This document shows positions 45,128 through 53,511 of a stretch of DNA of 64,000 nucleotides, piece by piece. The position numbers were made by a program, and so were the translations under genes. The notes below the pieces were generated by a model. It did not search any database. It had not been told where the DNA came from and saw only the letters and a program-made list of their open reading frames with translations. Positions within the stretch are counted from its first letter, which is position 1. Every line of letters starts with the position of its first letter. Source of the DNA: Deltaproteobacteria bacterium (GTDB lineage Bacteria; Myxococcota_A; UBA9160; UBA6930); assembly GCA_029261775.1 (NCBI GenBank), contig JAJDAR010000082.1, positions 20,215-84,214 of the forward strand, written 5' to 3'.

Positions 45128-46476
45128 ATCCACCACCCGAACCACAGGAAGGCCGTGTCGCCGGCCGCCAGGAGCAGCAGGAGGCCACGCGCCACGCTCC
45201 GGAAGCGACCGCGCAGGGCCTGCAGGGCGGAGGCGAAGGCCAGACCGATCGGCAGCAGGGCCGGAAGCAGGTAGCTCGCCTTCACGGCCGAGTAGGTCGG
45301 AAGGACCCAGCTGTAGCGAAGCAGCGCGGCGAACAGGAGACCGGCAAAGAGCAGGGCCCAGAGCTCGCCTGGCGACCGACGCTGCACGATGCGAAGCAGG
45401 CCGAAGCACGCGAAAACCGTCGCGAAGAGGCCGGCCACGGAGACGATGGGAAGCACCTTGAGGGTCGTGGTCGTGATCCAGATGTAGTGGCCGTGCACGT
45501 CTGCCCAGGCTGAGGCGTGGAGCAGGCCAGGCACCGAGGTGGCCATGCCGGCCCCGTCGAAGCGCGGCCAGGCGATCGCGCTCGCGGGGAAGTTGAGATA
45601 GTGCCAGAGCTCGCGTTGCCCAGGCGGCTGCGAGCTCATGACCAGCGCGAGATCCGGGGAGTGGGCGGCACCCGACAGGAAGCTCATCGGAGAGCCTCCC
45701 CCGTCGAGGGCGACGCGGACGTAGAAGGGCGCTGCGAGAAGCAGGGCCGGCAGCGCAATCGCGGTCCCGCAGAGGAGGGCTCGGGGGAGCGAGGCGCGCG
45801 CATGCACCAGGTAGGCCAACCCAGCGACACCGCCCACCACCCAGCCCGTCGACTTGGAGAGCGCGGCGAGTGCGACCCAGAGACCGGTGACCAGCGCATG
45901 ACGCACCAGGTCCCCATCGTCGGTCGGCAGGTCGAGCAACCGGACCAGGACCAGCGTCGCAAAGAGCGCGCAGAACCCCTCGTTGCCGAGCATCACGAGC
46001 GCGATGCCCACGAACGGAATCGACAACAACAGCACCGCCGTGACGGCCGCATCCTCCGGAGCGAAGCGGCGTGCCAGGTGCCGCCACACGATGGCGATTG
46101 CCGCGAGTCCCGGTGCCAACGAGAGGTATCGCATGGCGAGATGCACCGGCACCGACTCCGGAAGCATCGCCCAGGCCAAGCCGGCCAGGGCGTGGTAGAG
46201 CGGGGGGTGGAAGCCGGACCACGAGCTCGGAGGCGGCAGGAGTCCCTGCAGAAAGAAGTGCGCGCTCTGGACGTGGCCTGCCGCGTCGTAGTCCTGGAGC
46301 GCGGGAAAGGCGGCTGCGGAGTGCAGCCGGCCGACGACGGCAGCGACGGCGACCGCGGCAGCGGCGGCCAGCCAAAGACGTTCGGCTCGAAGAGAAGACC
46401 CGGTCACGGGGAGTCGGGGGGTCGAAATGCCGCGGATCAGCTCTCGATCTTGAGCTTCTCGATCGCGCGGTTGCAA
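45124..46476 (-). CDS. polytopic membrane glycosyltransferase, ArnT/PMT-like GT-C
   Basis: 450 aa and hydrophobic throughout. After TM1: LQDYDAAGHVQSAHFFLQG...FHPPLYHA, parallel to 42322..43728. TTG start at 46476 is uncertain because it overlaps the upstream gene by 40 nt. Confidence 0.6.
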   Translation of the reverse strand: MQPRDREAQDRELIRGISTPRLPVTGSSLRAERLWLAAAAAVAVAAVVGRLHSAAAFPALQDYDAAGHVQSAHFFLQGLLPPPSSWSGFHPPLYHALAGLAWAMLPESVPVHLAMRYLSLAPGLAAIAIVWRHLARRFAPEDAAVTAVLLLSIPFVGIALVMLGNEGFCALFATLVLVRLLDLPTDDGDLVRHALVTGLWVALAALSKSTGWVVGGVAGLAYLVHARASLPRALLCGTAIALPALLLAAPFYVRVALDGGGSPMSFLSGAAHSPDLALVMSSQPPGQRELWHYLNFPASAIAWPRFDGAGMATSVPGLLHASAWADVHGHYIWITTTTLKVLPIVSVAGLFATVFACFGLLRIVQRRSPGELWALLFAGLLFAALLRYSWVLPTYSAVKASYLLPALLPIGLAFASALQALRGRFRSVARGLLLLLAAGDTAFLWFGWWI

Positions 46477-47375
46477 TCCGCGGTCGAGCCCGTCTGGCAG
46501 CCAGGGAGGGTCTTCTTGATCTCCTCGACGAGGCGCATCCGCTCGCGGAAGTAGGCGCCGTTGAGCTGGTCATCCTTGAAGTCGACGAAGTCCACCGCCT
46601 CGTCCCCCCCATCGATGTTGAGGTAGCTCAACGCCTCTGCCGCTCGAGCGGCCATGTCGAAGTTCTGGTGCGATTCGACGTTGTAGGCGAGGTTGAAGAG
46701 GGTCGAGATGGCGCCGGAGTGCAGGTCCCCGAGGTTCTCGAACAGCTCGATCGCCTGCTCGTAATGAAGCTCATCGCCGAAGAAGGGAACGAGCTGGCCG
46801 GCCGAGAGCGCCTCGAGATCGAGCAGGGCCTCGATGTTGTCGGGATCGGCCTCGGGATCCCCGAGAGCCGCCTCGGCGACTTCACCGAGCACGTCGTTGG
46901 CCTCGAGCGCAGCCAGTGCGCGCACGGCGGCCACCCGGATCCGCGAGGAAGGATCGAAGATCGCGAGCTGGCGAAGCAGATCGAGGTCGGCCTGGTTCTC
47001 GCGCTCGTCGAGGTCCTCGAGCGCCTCGAGGCGAACCCGCTCGTCCGGGTCGAGGAGGCGCGAGCGCAGCTCGGCATCGTCGATCGGCGCCTCGAGATCA
47101 GCGCGACCTGCGGCTCCCTGGGCCCTCGGAAGGCGAGACCGGAGCGAGCGATCACCGGGGCGCAGGCGGACGAATTCCGACTCGGTCCGAGCGACCGGGC
47201 CCGGCCGTGCGCCCAGGCCCAGGGGCGGAGGAGCATCGACGGACGGAGCAATCCCCGCGGGGACTCCGGACTCCGGGGAAGGCAGCCAACCCGGTCGTTC
47301 AGCCCAGATCAGTCCGATTCCGACGAGGAGCGCGGTCACAGCGACAGCGGCGACGGGAGCGAGCTTCTTCCACAT
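46437..47375 (-). CDS. membrane-anchored HEAT-repeat protein
   Basis: 312 aa from MWKKLAPVAAVAVTALLVGIGLIW (anchor). HEAT-like repeats (DPDERVRLEALEDL, DPSSRIRVAAVRALAAL). The upstream part of ORF 46437..47675 lacks coding character. Confidence 0.6.
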   Translation of the reverse strand: MWKKLAPVAAVAVTALLVGIGLIWAERPGWLPSPESGVPAGIAPSVDAPPPLGLGARPGPVARTESEFVRLRPGDRSLRSRLPRAQGAAGRADLEAPIDDAELRSRLLDPDERVRLEALEDLDERENQADLDLLRQLAIFDPSSRIRVAAVRALAALEANDVLGEVAEAALGDPEADPDNIEALLDLEALSAGQLVPFFGDELHYEQAIELFENLGDLHSGAISTLFNLAYNVESHQNFDMAARAAEALSYLNIDGGDEAVDFVDFKDDQLNGAYFRERMRLVEEIKKTLPGCQTGSTADCNRAIEKLKIES

Positions 47376-47556
47376 GTCACGACTCCAAGGCTGGCGAAGA
47401 ACGGGGTATCGTATCACGTTCTCCGGCCGGCGAGCGGTGTCGAAATCGCGCGTCACGCACGAGCCGGCGCCTGCCACTCTTCTCCAGACCTTTCTCTCGA
47501 CCCGTGCGTCGCGTCCCATCGGGGCCCGATACTCGATCCAGGAGCACGTTGAAACC

Positions 47557-48294
47557 ATGTCCCGAGTCGCTTCTACCTCCCTCACTGCCGTTCTCGCCCT
47601 GGTGCTGGCGCTGTCCTGGGGCTGCTCGAGCGCGGATGACTCGGATTCCGCAGCATCCCCGGAGGGAGCCGCCATCCAGCCCGACCATTGGCTGAACGAC
47701 CCCTTGCTTCCGGAGCCTCCGGACGTCGAGGTCTACGCGGCGGTCGAGAACTCGTTCACGGAAGAGCCCGAGGGCATGAACGATCCGCGCGTCGAGGAGA
47801 TCCAAGAGATGGCCAAGGTCGAGAGCCTCGTGGCCACGCCAGCGGGGCCCGAGACCGTCGCATCCGTGCTCGAGCTCGGCCTGGCCGAGCCGGTCCTCCC
47901 AGCGGTCCAGGAGGAGGCCATCGATGCACTCGAGAATCTGGGGTGGAAGGGCGGCCAGCTCGACGGAGCGGTCGAGGCGATCGGGAAGATCCTGGAGGTC
48001 GGCGAGCCGCGGGTGAGAGCGCGAGCCATCGAAGCCCTCGACTTCCTGAAGAGTGACCGCTCGACGGAGCTGCTGATCGGCGCGCTCTCCGATCCCCATC
48101 CGCAGGTCCGCTCGGATGCCTGCTCGGGCCTGCTGCTTCGGGTTCGACCGGAGCACCACGAGCCCGTCAAGGCAGCCTACCTCAAGGAGGAGGACCGAAC
48201 GGTGAAGGTCGACCTCTGGGAGCTGCTCGAGAACATCGCCGTCGAGCGACAGAAGATGCGCGCCGCCCAGGGGGCCGACGCAAAGGACGCCTAG
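47557..48294 (+). CDS. exported HEAT-repeat protein (signal peptide with Cys)
   Basis: 245 aa from MSRVASTSLTAVLALVLALSWGC. Repeats such as EPRVRARAIEALDFL and DPHPQVRSDACSGL. Divergent from 46437..47375. Confidence 0.65.
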   Translation: MSRVASTSLTAVLALVLALSWGCSSADDSDSAASPEGAAIQPDHWLNDPLLPEPPDVEVYAAVENSFTEEPEGMNDPRVEEIQEMAKVESLVATPAGPETVASVLELGLAEPVLPAVQEEAIDALENLGWKGGQLDGAVEAIGKILEVGEPRVRARAIEALDFLKSDRSTELLIGALSDPHPQVRSDACSGLLLRVRPEHHEPVKAAYLKEEDRTVKVDLWELLENIAVERQKMRAAQGADAKDA

Positions 48295-48304
48295 GAGGCC
48301 TTTC

Positions 48305-50140
48305 TCAGGGCTGCGAGCGTGTCTCCCTCAGGAGCTCCACGGCCAGGCCGGCTCGCCCGGCCCGGCGCGCGAGGTCCGAGAGCACGAGCGGAATCTGGGG
48401 ATCGTCGGGCGGGAGACCCAGCTCGCGAGCAACGCCGGCGCGGGCTTGCGCGTCTCGCCCCGCGCGAAGATCCAGCAGCACGAGATCGAGTCCCGCCCAG
48501 ACGATCTCGGGATGGACCTCGCGGCTACGGGCCGCGACCTGCTCCGCACGCTCCCAGAGCCCCTGCCGGATCAGGACATCCAGGAGCAGCTTGCTGGCAT
48601 CGTAGTTCTCCGGATCTTCCACGAGGGCGCGCTCGAGCAGCGCGATGGCCTGCGCCGGGCGGCCGCGGCGATCCTCGAGGCCTCCGAGCCGATGGAGCGC
48701 GAGCGGGAGCATCTTGCGCTCGGGTCCCGCAGCTTGCTCCGCGAGATCGGCGGCTCGCTGCAAAGGCGGAAACGCCTCTTCGAAGCGGCCGACCGCGGTG
48801 AGGAACGCTCCCCAGTTCAGGAACGCACGGGAGTTCTGGGGCGTGTGGCGAGCGTTCGCGGCCCAGAGCTCGACGGGGCTCGCGTACTCGAGATTCCGCT
48901 CTCGGGTGGCCACGACCGAGGCAAACGCGAGCGACGCCACGACGAGAGCGAAGCAGGCCCTTGCCGACCGCCCGCGCCCCTCCAGCTGGAGCCCGGCCAC
49001 ACCCAGGATGCCAACCAGCAGGGCCGCCATCGGAAGGTACATCCGGTGCTCCGCCATGATCTCCGTCCTGATGGGCAGGATGCTCGACGAAGGGCCCAGG
49101 ACGAGGAAGCAGAGGGCCATGGGGAGGCTGGCGCGCGGCGCGCGGAAGAAACCGATCGCCGTCGCCACGACGGCCGCGGCCACCGCGACCAGGGCCGGGC
49201 CATAGGACGGCCAAGCACGGCCGAGGTCGGCCAACCGGTGGACCTCGACGATCGGCCAGCCGTAATCCACCAGCAGCGGTGACGGCCACACGACGAGGCG
49301 CGCATAGTGCACGAGCGCGTTGCCCTGCGTCAGGAGGTAGTTCAGCGGATTCAGGGACTGGGAGAACCAGCCGACCGAGTCGGGCCGAGGAGCCGTCGCC
49401 AGGAGCCCTGCGGTCAGCAGCCACGCAGAAGCGAGCCCCGCATAGAGAGGCTTGTGGTCGCGCAGGCCCCCCGATCTCGAGAAGAGTGCGCGGTGGATCA
49501 GCCAGAAGGCGATCGGGACCAGGGCTCCGACCTCCTTGCTGCCCACCGAGAGCCATGCGAATAGCGTCGCCAGCGCCACCCAGAGGCCTCGGCGACCGGG
49601 CTCGAGGGCACGACAGCTACAGAGCAGCGCCAGGACGAAGAAGAGGGACATCAGCACTTCGGCGCGCTGGGCGGCGTACGTCACCGCACTGGTCGTCAGC
49701 GGGTGCACCGTCCACAGGGCTGCCGCAGCCAGCGCGAGGGAGCGGGCCAGTCCCTCGAGACGCCTGACCGCCCCGAGCAGCCGCTCCGCCAGGAAGAACA
49801 GGGCCAGGCCCGTGGCCACGTGAAGCACCACGTTCACGGCCACGAAGCTTCTCGGACTGGGAAGCCTGGCTCCCTCCTCCCAATGGGCGAACACTGCGTT
49901 CACCGACCAGGAGAAGGCCATGACGGGGCGGCCGGCGGCAGTGCCGTCCTTCTGCAGGCTGAACAGCAGCTCGAAGGGCCACGCCCCGGGCGTCAGTCCT
50001 GACGACATCAGGATGTCGTCGAAGACGAACCGGGCGCCCAGAGCGGTCTCGTAGGCCGCTCCCGCGACGGCGAGCAGGAGACACGCGGGAAGCAGGGCAC
50101 CCGTGAGGCCGCCGGGCCACGGCCGGTGCGCGACGGACAT
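48305..50140 (-). CDS. TMTC-like GT-C membrane domain fused to C-terminal TPR repeats (putative protein O-mannosyltransferase-like)
   Basis: 611 aa. ARFVFDDILM acidic loop after TM1 (the FV(Y/F)DD motif of TMTC/DUF1736-type proteins), about 10 TM helices over 420 aa, then TPR-like repeats (AFLNWGAFLTAVGRFEEAFPPLQRA..., AIALLERALVEDPENYDA...). Confidence 0.7.
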   Translation of the reverse strand: MSVAHRPWPGGLTGALLPACLLLAVAGAAYETALGARFVFDDILMSSGLTPGAWPFELLFSLQKDGTAAGRPVMAFSWSVNAVFAHWEEGARLPSPRSFVAVNVVLHVATGLALFFLAERLLGAVRRLEGLARSLALAAAALWTVHPLTTSAVTYAAQRAEVLMSLFFVLALLCSCRALEPGRRGLWVALATLFAWLSVGSKEVGALVPIAFWLIHRALFSRSGGLRDHKPLYAGLASAWLLTAGLLATAPRPDSVGWFSQSLNPLNYLLTQGNALVHYARLVVWPSPLLVDYGWPIVEVHRLADLGRAWPSYGPALVAVAAAVVATAIGFFRAPRASLPMALCFLVLGPSSSILPIRTEIMAEHRMYLPMAALLVGILGVAGLQLEGRGRSARACFALVVASLAFASVVATRERNLEYASPVELWAANARHTPQNSRAFLNWGAFLTAVGRFEEAFPPLQRAADLAEQAAGPERKMLPLALHRLGGLEDRRGRPAQAIALLERALVEDPENYDASKLLLDVLIRQGLWERAEQVAARSREVHPEIVWAGLDLVLLDLRAGRDAQARAGVARELGLPPDDPQIPLVLSDLARRAGRAGLAVELLRETRSQP

Positions 50141-50149
50141 GCGGGGAGG

Positions 50150-50839
50150 CTACTCGGTGGCTTGCTGAGCCGCCTCGGCCTGCGCCTTCCTTTCGGCCTC
50201 GGCCTGCGCCTTCCCCTCGGGATGGATCTCCTTGAGGATCTCGTCGGAGAGCTGCTTGGAGCTCGTAATGCCGCGCTCCTGCAGCTCCTTGCCCATCTGA
50301 CGGACCATCTCCTGCTTGATGCTGGTCTGGACGAGCTGATCGAGGGTGTGGTCGATGAAGCCGACCGAATAGCTCCCACGCCGGTGGGAGACCACCCGTT
50401 CCTCGCTGTACCAGTAGTCCGCGTCGATGAAGAAGCGGGTGGGTTCGCCGTAGGTCTCGAGCAGGTAGGGCCCGGCATCTGCGAGGTCGGCGCAGCGCAC
50501 GTCCACGAAGTAGAGCTGGTCGGCGGCGAACTTCAGGATCACCTCGCAACCGCCGTCCCTGCCCAACCCCGCCTGGTCTTCGAGGCGGTACTCCTGCAGG
50601 CGGGGAACCGTCACGACGCCGTCCCGGAGCATGTCGCCGGTATCCCCCTGGAGCTCCATCGACGGGTGGAGTGCCTGGGCCTCCGCGACGGTCATGCGGA
50701 ACTGAATGCCGCCCCAGCCGTTGGGCAGCGGTTGGTGGCCATCCTCGGTCGGGCTGGAGGCCCAGCCGGCTCCGGCCGAGACGAGAAGGGTCAGGGCGGC
50801 AGCCAGCCAGCTGCGCCCCGTTCGAGGAAACTGGAGCAT
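50150..50839 (-). CDS. exported hypothetical protein
   Basis: 229 aa. Signal peptide MLQFPRTGRSWLAAALTLLVSAGAGWA and a Lys/Glu/Ala-rich C-terminal tail (KAQAEAERKAQAEAAQQ). GAGGGG lies upstream of the ATG. Confidence 0.55.
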   Translation of the reverse strand: MLQFPRTGRSWLAAALTLLVSAGAGWASSPTEDGHQPLPNGWGGIQFRMTVAEAQALHPSMELQGDTGDMLRDGVVTVPRLQEYRLEDQAGLGRDGGCEVILKFAADQLYFVDVRCADLADAGPYLLETYGEPTRFFIDADYWYSEERVVSHRRGSYSVGFIDHTLDQLVQTSIKQEMVRQMGKELQERGITSSKQLSDEILKEIHPEGKAQAEAERKAQAEAAQQATE

Positions 50840-50932
50840 GGAGGATTCCCCTCGGACGTTGAGGTAGGGCTTGGTGAAGGATAGTGGCCGATCAGGGGTC
50901 CTGGGTGATCCTCGGACCTGCGGCTCACGAAG

Positions 50933-50974
50933 AAAAAGGACGGGGCCGGAAGGCTCGATGCCTTCCGACCCCGT
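50933..50974 (-). terminator. rho-independent terminator
   Basis: Minus-strand RNA ACGGGGUCGGAAGGC-AUCGA-GCCUUCCGGCCCCGU forms a 15-bp stem with one G-U pair, followed by CCUUUUU. It lies about 60 nt downstream of the stop at 51033. Confidence 0.65.
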
Positions 50975-51032
50975 TGCCTGTTCGAGAGTTCTTCCGGGAA
51001 GTTCTCTCTCGTAGGCTGGTGTCAGACCCTTC

Positions 51033-52490
51033 CTACGGGAAGGTCGGACCTGCGCACACGGTCGAGATCTCGGTCAGGGTGTGACCCACGATGGCGGCCA
51101 CCGCCGGATCCGTGGCGACGATCGCCGAGACACCGGTGAGGGTACCGTCGAGGTCGCCCACGAGGGCGCGAGCCGGATCGAACGTGGCACCGACCAGGGA
51201 AGCCGTGGTCAGCGTGAACGTACCGGCACTCGTGCCGGAACCCACATCGAAGAACGTGCCGCTCGAGTCACCCGTCGCGAGCAGGTTGGCACCCGGCGTG
51301 GCCGGAGCGGCCAGCGGGGTCGAACCCGCGTTGCACGGGTCAGGGTCGCCCAGGACATTCAGGGTCGCCTGAATCCGCTGCAGGTTCAGGGCTGCCGAGG
51401 CACCCGCCACCGAGCCGCCAACTGAAATGTTCAGAGTGACGTCTCGACAGACCTTGGAGTCCGGGGCGCCTGCCTGCGCCGTGCAGTTGACGAACCCGAG
51501 GCAGTCGTCCGTGCTGACCGCATCGACGTCTGCGCAGACGGCGATGTCCAGGTTGGGCAGGTCAGCCGAAGCAACCGTCGCAATGTAGCCCTGCGCGCGC
51601 TGCTGCTCGAGGCAGATGGCGAGCGGAAGGGTCGGTGCGAAGGTTCCCTGCAGGCCCTTGCTCGGCCCGCTGACGATGGCGATACCGTCGGCGAGGATCT
51701 CCGGAACGTGGCAGTACTCGGACGTGTTGTTGCCCCTGAGGTCCAGGGTCACACCCGTCGGCGTTCCACTCACCAGCTGGTGGGTGATGAAGCTCGAGGA
51801 CGGCTGTGAGTCGCAATAGCCCGACCAGCACGGACCGGCCGACACTCGGTTGGTCGGAGGACCGTTCAGCGGGGCTGCCATGTCCGCGCACTCCGGGCAC
51901 GCTGCCACACCGCAGGTACCGGTGGCGCAGTCGCCGTCGACTGCACAAGCCACGGTCTCGTCGTCGTTGCAACGCTGGTCCGCCGCGTTGGCAAGAGCCT
52001 CCGCGGTCGCACCGTTGACTGCGTTCTGCACCGACCAGGCGCGCGCGAACGCGGCCATGACCGAGAGGCGAGCACCGACATCACCCGTCGAGAAGACGTT
52101 GGTGTTCAGGATGCCCATGGCGTCCAGGTCGTCATCCGTGCACTTGGCCTTGGCGCCACCCGGAAAACCACCCTTCACCTTGTCGAATGCCTTGCCGAGC
52201 TTGCTCTTCGGATCTCCGGAGATGTCGCCCGAGCCGAGACCGATCTTGATCAGGCCGGCCTGGCACTTCTCGGCCTGCTTGAGCTGGCCCTTGCCCTTGA
52301 GGTCGGTCTTGATCCAACCGTCCACGCACTTGGCCAGTTCCTTCTGGACGTCGGCGGTCGCCTTGGCCGCGTTCTTGGTGATGTCCTTCGTGCACTTGTC
52401 GAGCTGTGCCGAAGCCGCCACCGGGGCGAAGATGAGCGCGCATGCGGCCGCACCCAAAACCCCCAGCTTCTTCAATTGATTGAGATTCAC
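51033..52490 (-). CDS. secreted Cys-rich protein of unknown function
   Basis: 485 aa from GTG 52490, preceded by AGGAGAG. Signal peptide VNLNQLKKLGVLGAAACALIFAPVAASA. Lys-rich helical N-terminal region with spaced Cys, then a Cys/Gly/Thr-rich region. The upstream part of ORF 51033..52748 is not coding-like. Confidence 0.6.
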   Translation of the reverse strand: MNLNQLKKLGVLGAAACALIFAPVAASAQLDKCTKDITKNAAKATADVQKELAKCVDGWIKTDLKGKGQLKQAEKCQAGLIKIGLGSGDISGDPKSKLGKAFDKVKGGFPGGAKAKCTDDDLDAMGILNTNVFSTGDVGARLSVMAAFARAWSVQNAVNGATAEALANAADQRCNDDETVACAVDGDCATGTCGVAACPECADMAAPLNGPPTNRVSAGPCWSGYCDSQPSSSFITHQLVSGTPTGVTLDLRGNNTSEYCHVPEILADGIAIVSGPSKGLQGTFAPTLPLAICLEQQRAQGYIATVASADLPNLDIAVCADVDAVSTDDCLGFVNCTAQAGAPDSKVCRDVTLNISVGGSVAGASAALNLQRIQATLNVLGDPDPCNAGSTPLAAPATPGANLLATGDSSGTFFDVGSGTSAGTFTLTTASLVGATFDPARALVGDLDGTLTGVSAIVATDPAVAAIVGHTLTEISTVCAGPTFP

Positions 52491-52582
52491 GATTCTCTCC
52501 TGTTGATCTGGAACTCGTGCGGCCTCTGGCCCCCGCCGGTGGCCGTTCCAGCGTAAACACCCTTTGGGCTGGTAGGGGGATG

Positions 52583-52598
52583 AGCAAGTTCCATGCCC
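52583..52598 (-). promoter_or_regulatory. candidate sigma54 (-24/-12) promoter
   Basis: Minus strand GGGCAT-GGAAC-TTGCT has GG-N10-GC spacing as in TGGCAC-N5-TTGCW. It lies about 93 nt upstream of the GTG at 52490, in a lower-GC 286-bp intergenic region. Confidence 0.3.
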
Positions 52599-52665
52599 AC
52601 AGGGATCTTTTCCCCTCATAGGCGTTTCCCTGCTCAACTCCCTGGTTTTCCTTCGCTTTCGAAGC

Positions 52666-52696
52666 AGAGGCCCCATGTCGCCGACATGGGGCCTCT
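52666..52696 (-). terminator. strong GC-rich hairpin downstream of dsbA-like gene (possible terminator)
   Basis: AGAGGCCCCATGT-cgccg-ACATGGGGCCTCT is a perfect 13-bp stem about 80 nt past the stop at 52777. It has no clear U-tract. A second 5-bp hairpin (CTTCG-CTTT-CGAAG) lies at 52651-52664. Confidence 0.45.
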
Positions 52697-52776
52697 CTGT
52701 GTGTCCGATCCGTTTCCCACCCGAGGAAGGGGTGTTCCTGCTCACCAACCCCCCGGGGAGAACGATTCGAGGGGCC

Positions 52777-53511
52777 TCAGCTCGCGAGCTGGCGGTCGAT
52801 CACCGCCTTGAACGCCTCGAAGGGCTGGGCGCCCGACAGGAAGTAGCCGTTGATGAAGAAGCTCGGCGTGCCGGTGACGCCCATGCCGCTGGCCTGCTTC
52901 ATGTCGGCATCGATATGCGCCTGGACGGCCGGAGACGCCATGTCCTTCTTGAACTGCTCCACGTCGAGACCCATCTCGCCGGCCCAGGTCGCGTAGTTGT
53001 CCGTCGACATGGTCGCCTGGTTGGCAAAGATCTTGTCGTGCATCTCCCAGAACTTGCCCTGCTTGCCGGCTGCAATGGAGGCCTTGTGCGCGTCCGGAGC
53101 CTTGGTGTGGAAGGCCAGCGGGAAGTGCTTGAAGGCGATCTTGACCTTGTCACCGTACTCCTCGCTCACCTTCGCCAGGGTGGGGTTGACCCGGCTGCAG
53201 AAGGGGCACTGGAAGTCGGAGAACTCGACGATCGTCACCTTCGCGCTGTCGGAGCCCTTCACGTGGGCGTTGGCGAGGGCGATCTCGTACTGCTTGTTCG
53301 GGTCGGGTCCGCGCCGCGGGGCGGGAGCTGCGGCGGGGGCCGCCGCAGCAGCCGCAGGCGCCGCGGCCGCCGGCCGGGCCGCGAGCTCGGCCTGGGCCTC
53401 AGCCATCTGGCTGCCGGCCCGGTCGAGGGACTGGGAAACCTGGAAGGCGCCGATGACGATGGCCGCGCCCAGGATCAGGGCGGCGAGGATGTTTCCGGTG
53501 GCGGAGTTCAT
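52777..53511 (-). CDS. membrane-anchored DsbA-family thiol:disulfide oxidoreductase
   Basis: 244 aa from MNSATGNILAALILGAAIVIGAF (anchor), an Ala/Pro-rich linker, then a thioredoxin fold with FSDFQCPFCSRV (CPFC active site) and GVTGTPSFFING (cis-Pro loop). Confidence 0.85.
   Translation of the reverse strand: MNSATGNILAALILGAAIVIGAFQVSQSLDRAGSQMAEAQAELAARPAAAAPAAAAAAPAAAPAPRRGPDPNKQYEIALANAHVKGSDSAKVTIVEFSDFQCPFCSRVNPTLAKVSEEYGDKVKIAFKHFPLAFHTKAPDAHKASIAAGKQGKFWEMHDKIFANQATMSTDNYATWAGEMGLDVEQFKKDMASPAVQAHIDADMKQASGMGVTGTPSFFINGYFLSGAQPFEAFKAVIDRQLAS

Noticed and set aside
50884-51084. 66-aa plus-strand ORF
   Set aside because: It spans the rho-independent terminator hairpin and the 3' end of the minus-strand gene, and it has neither a Shine-Dalgarno sequence nor coding-like composition.
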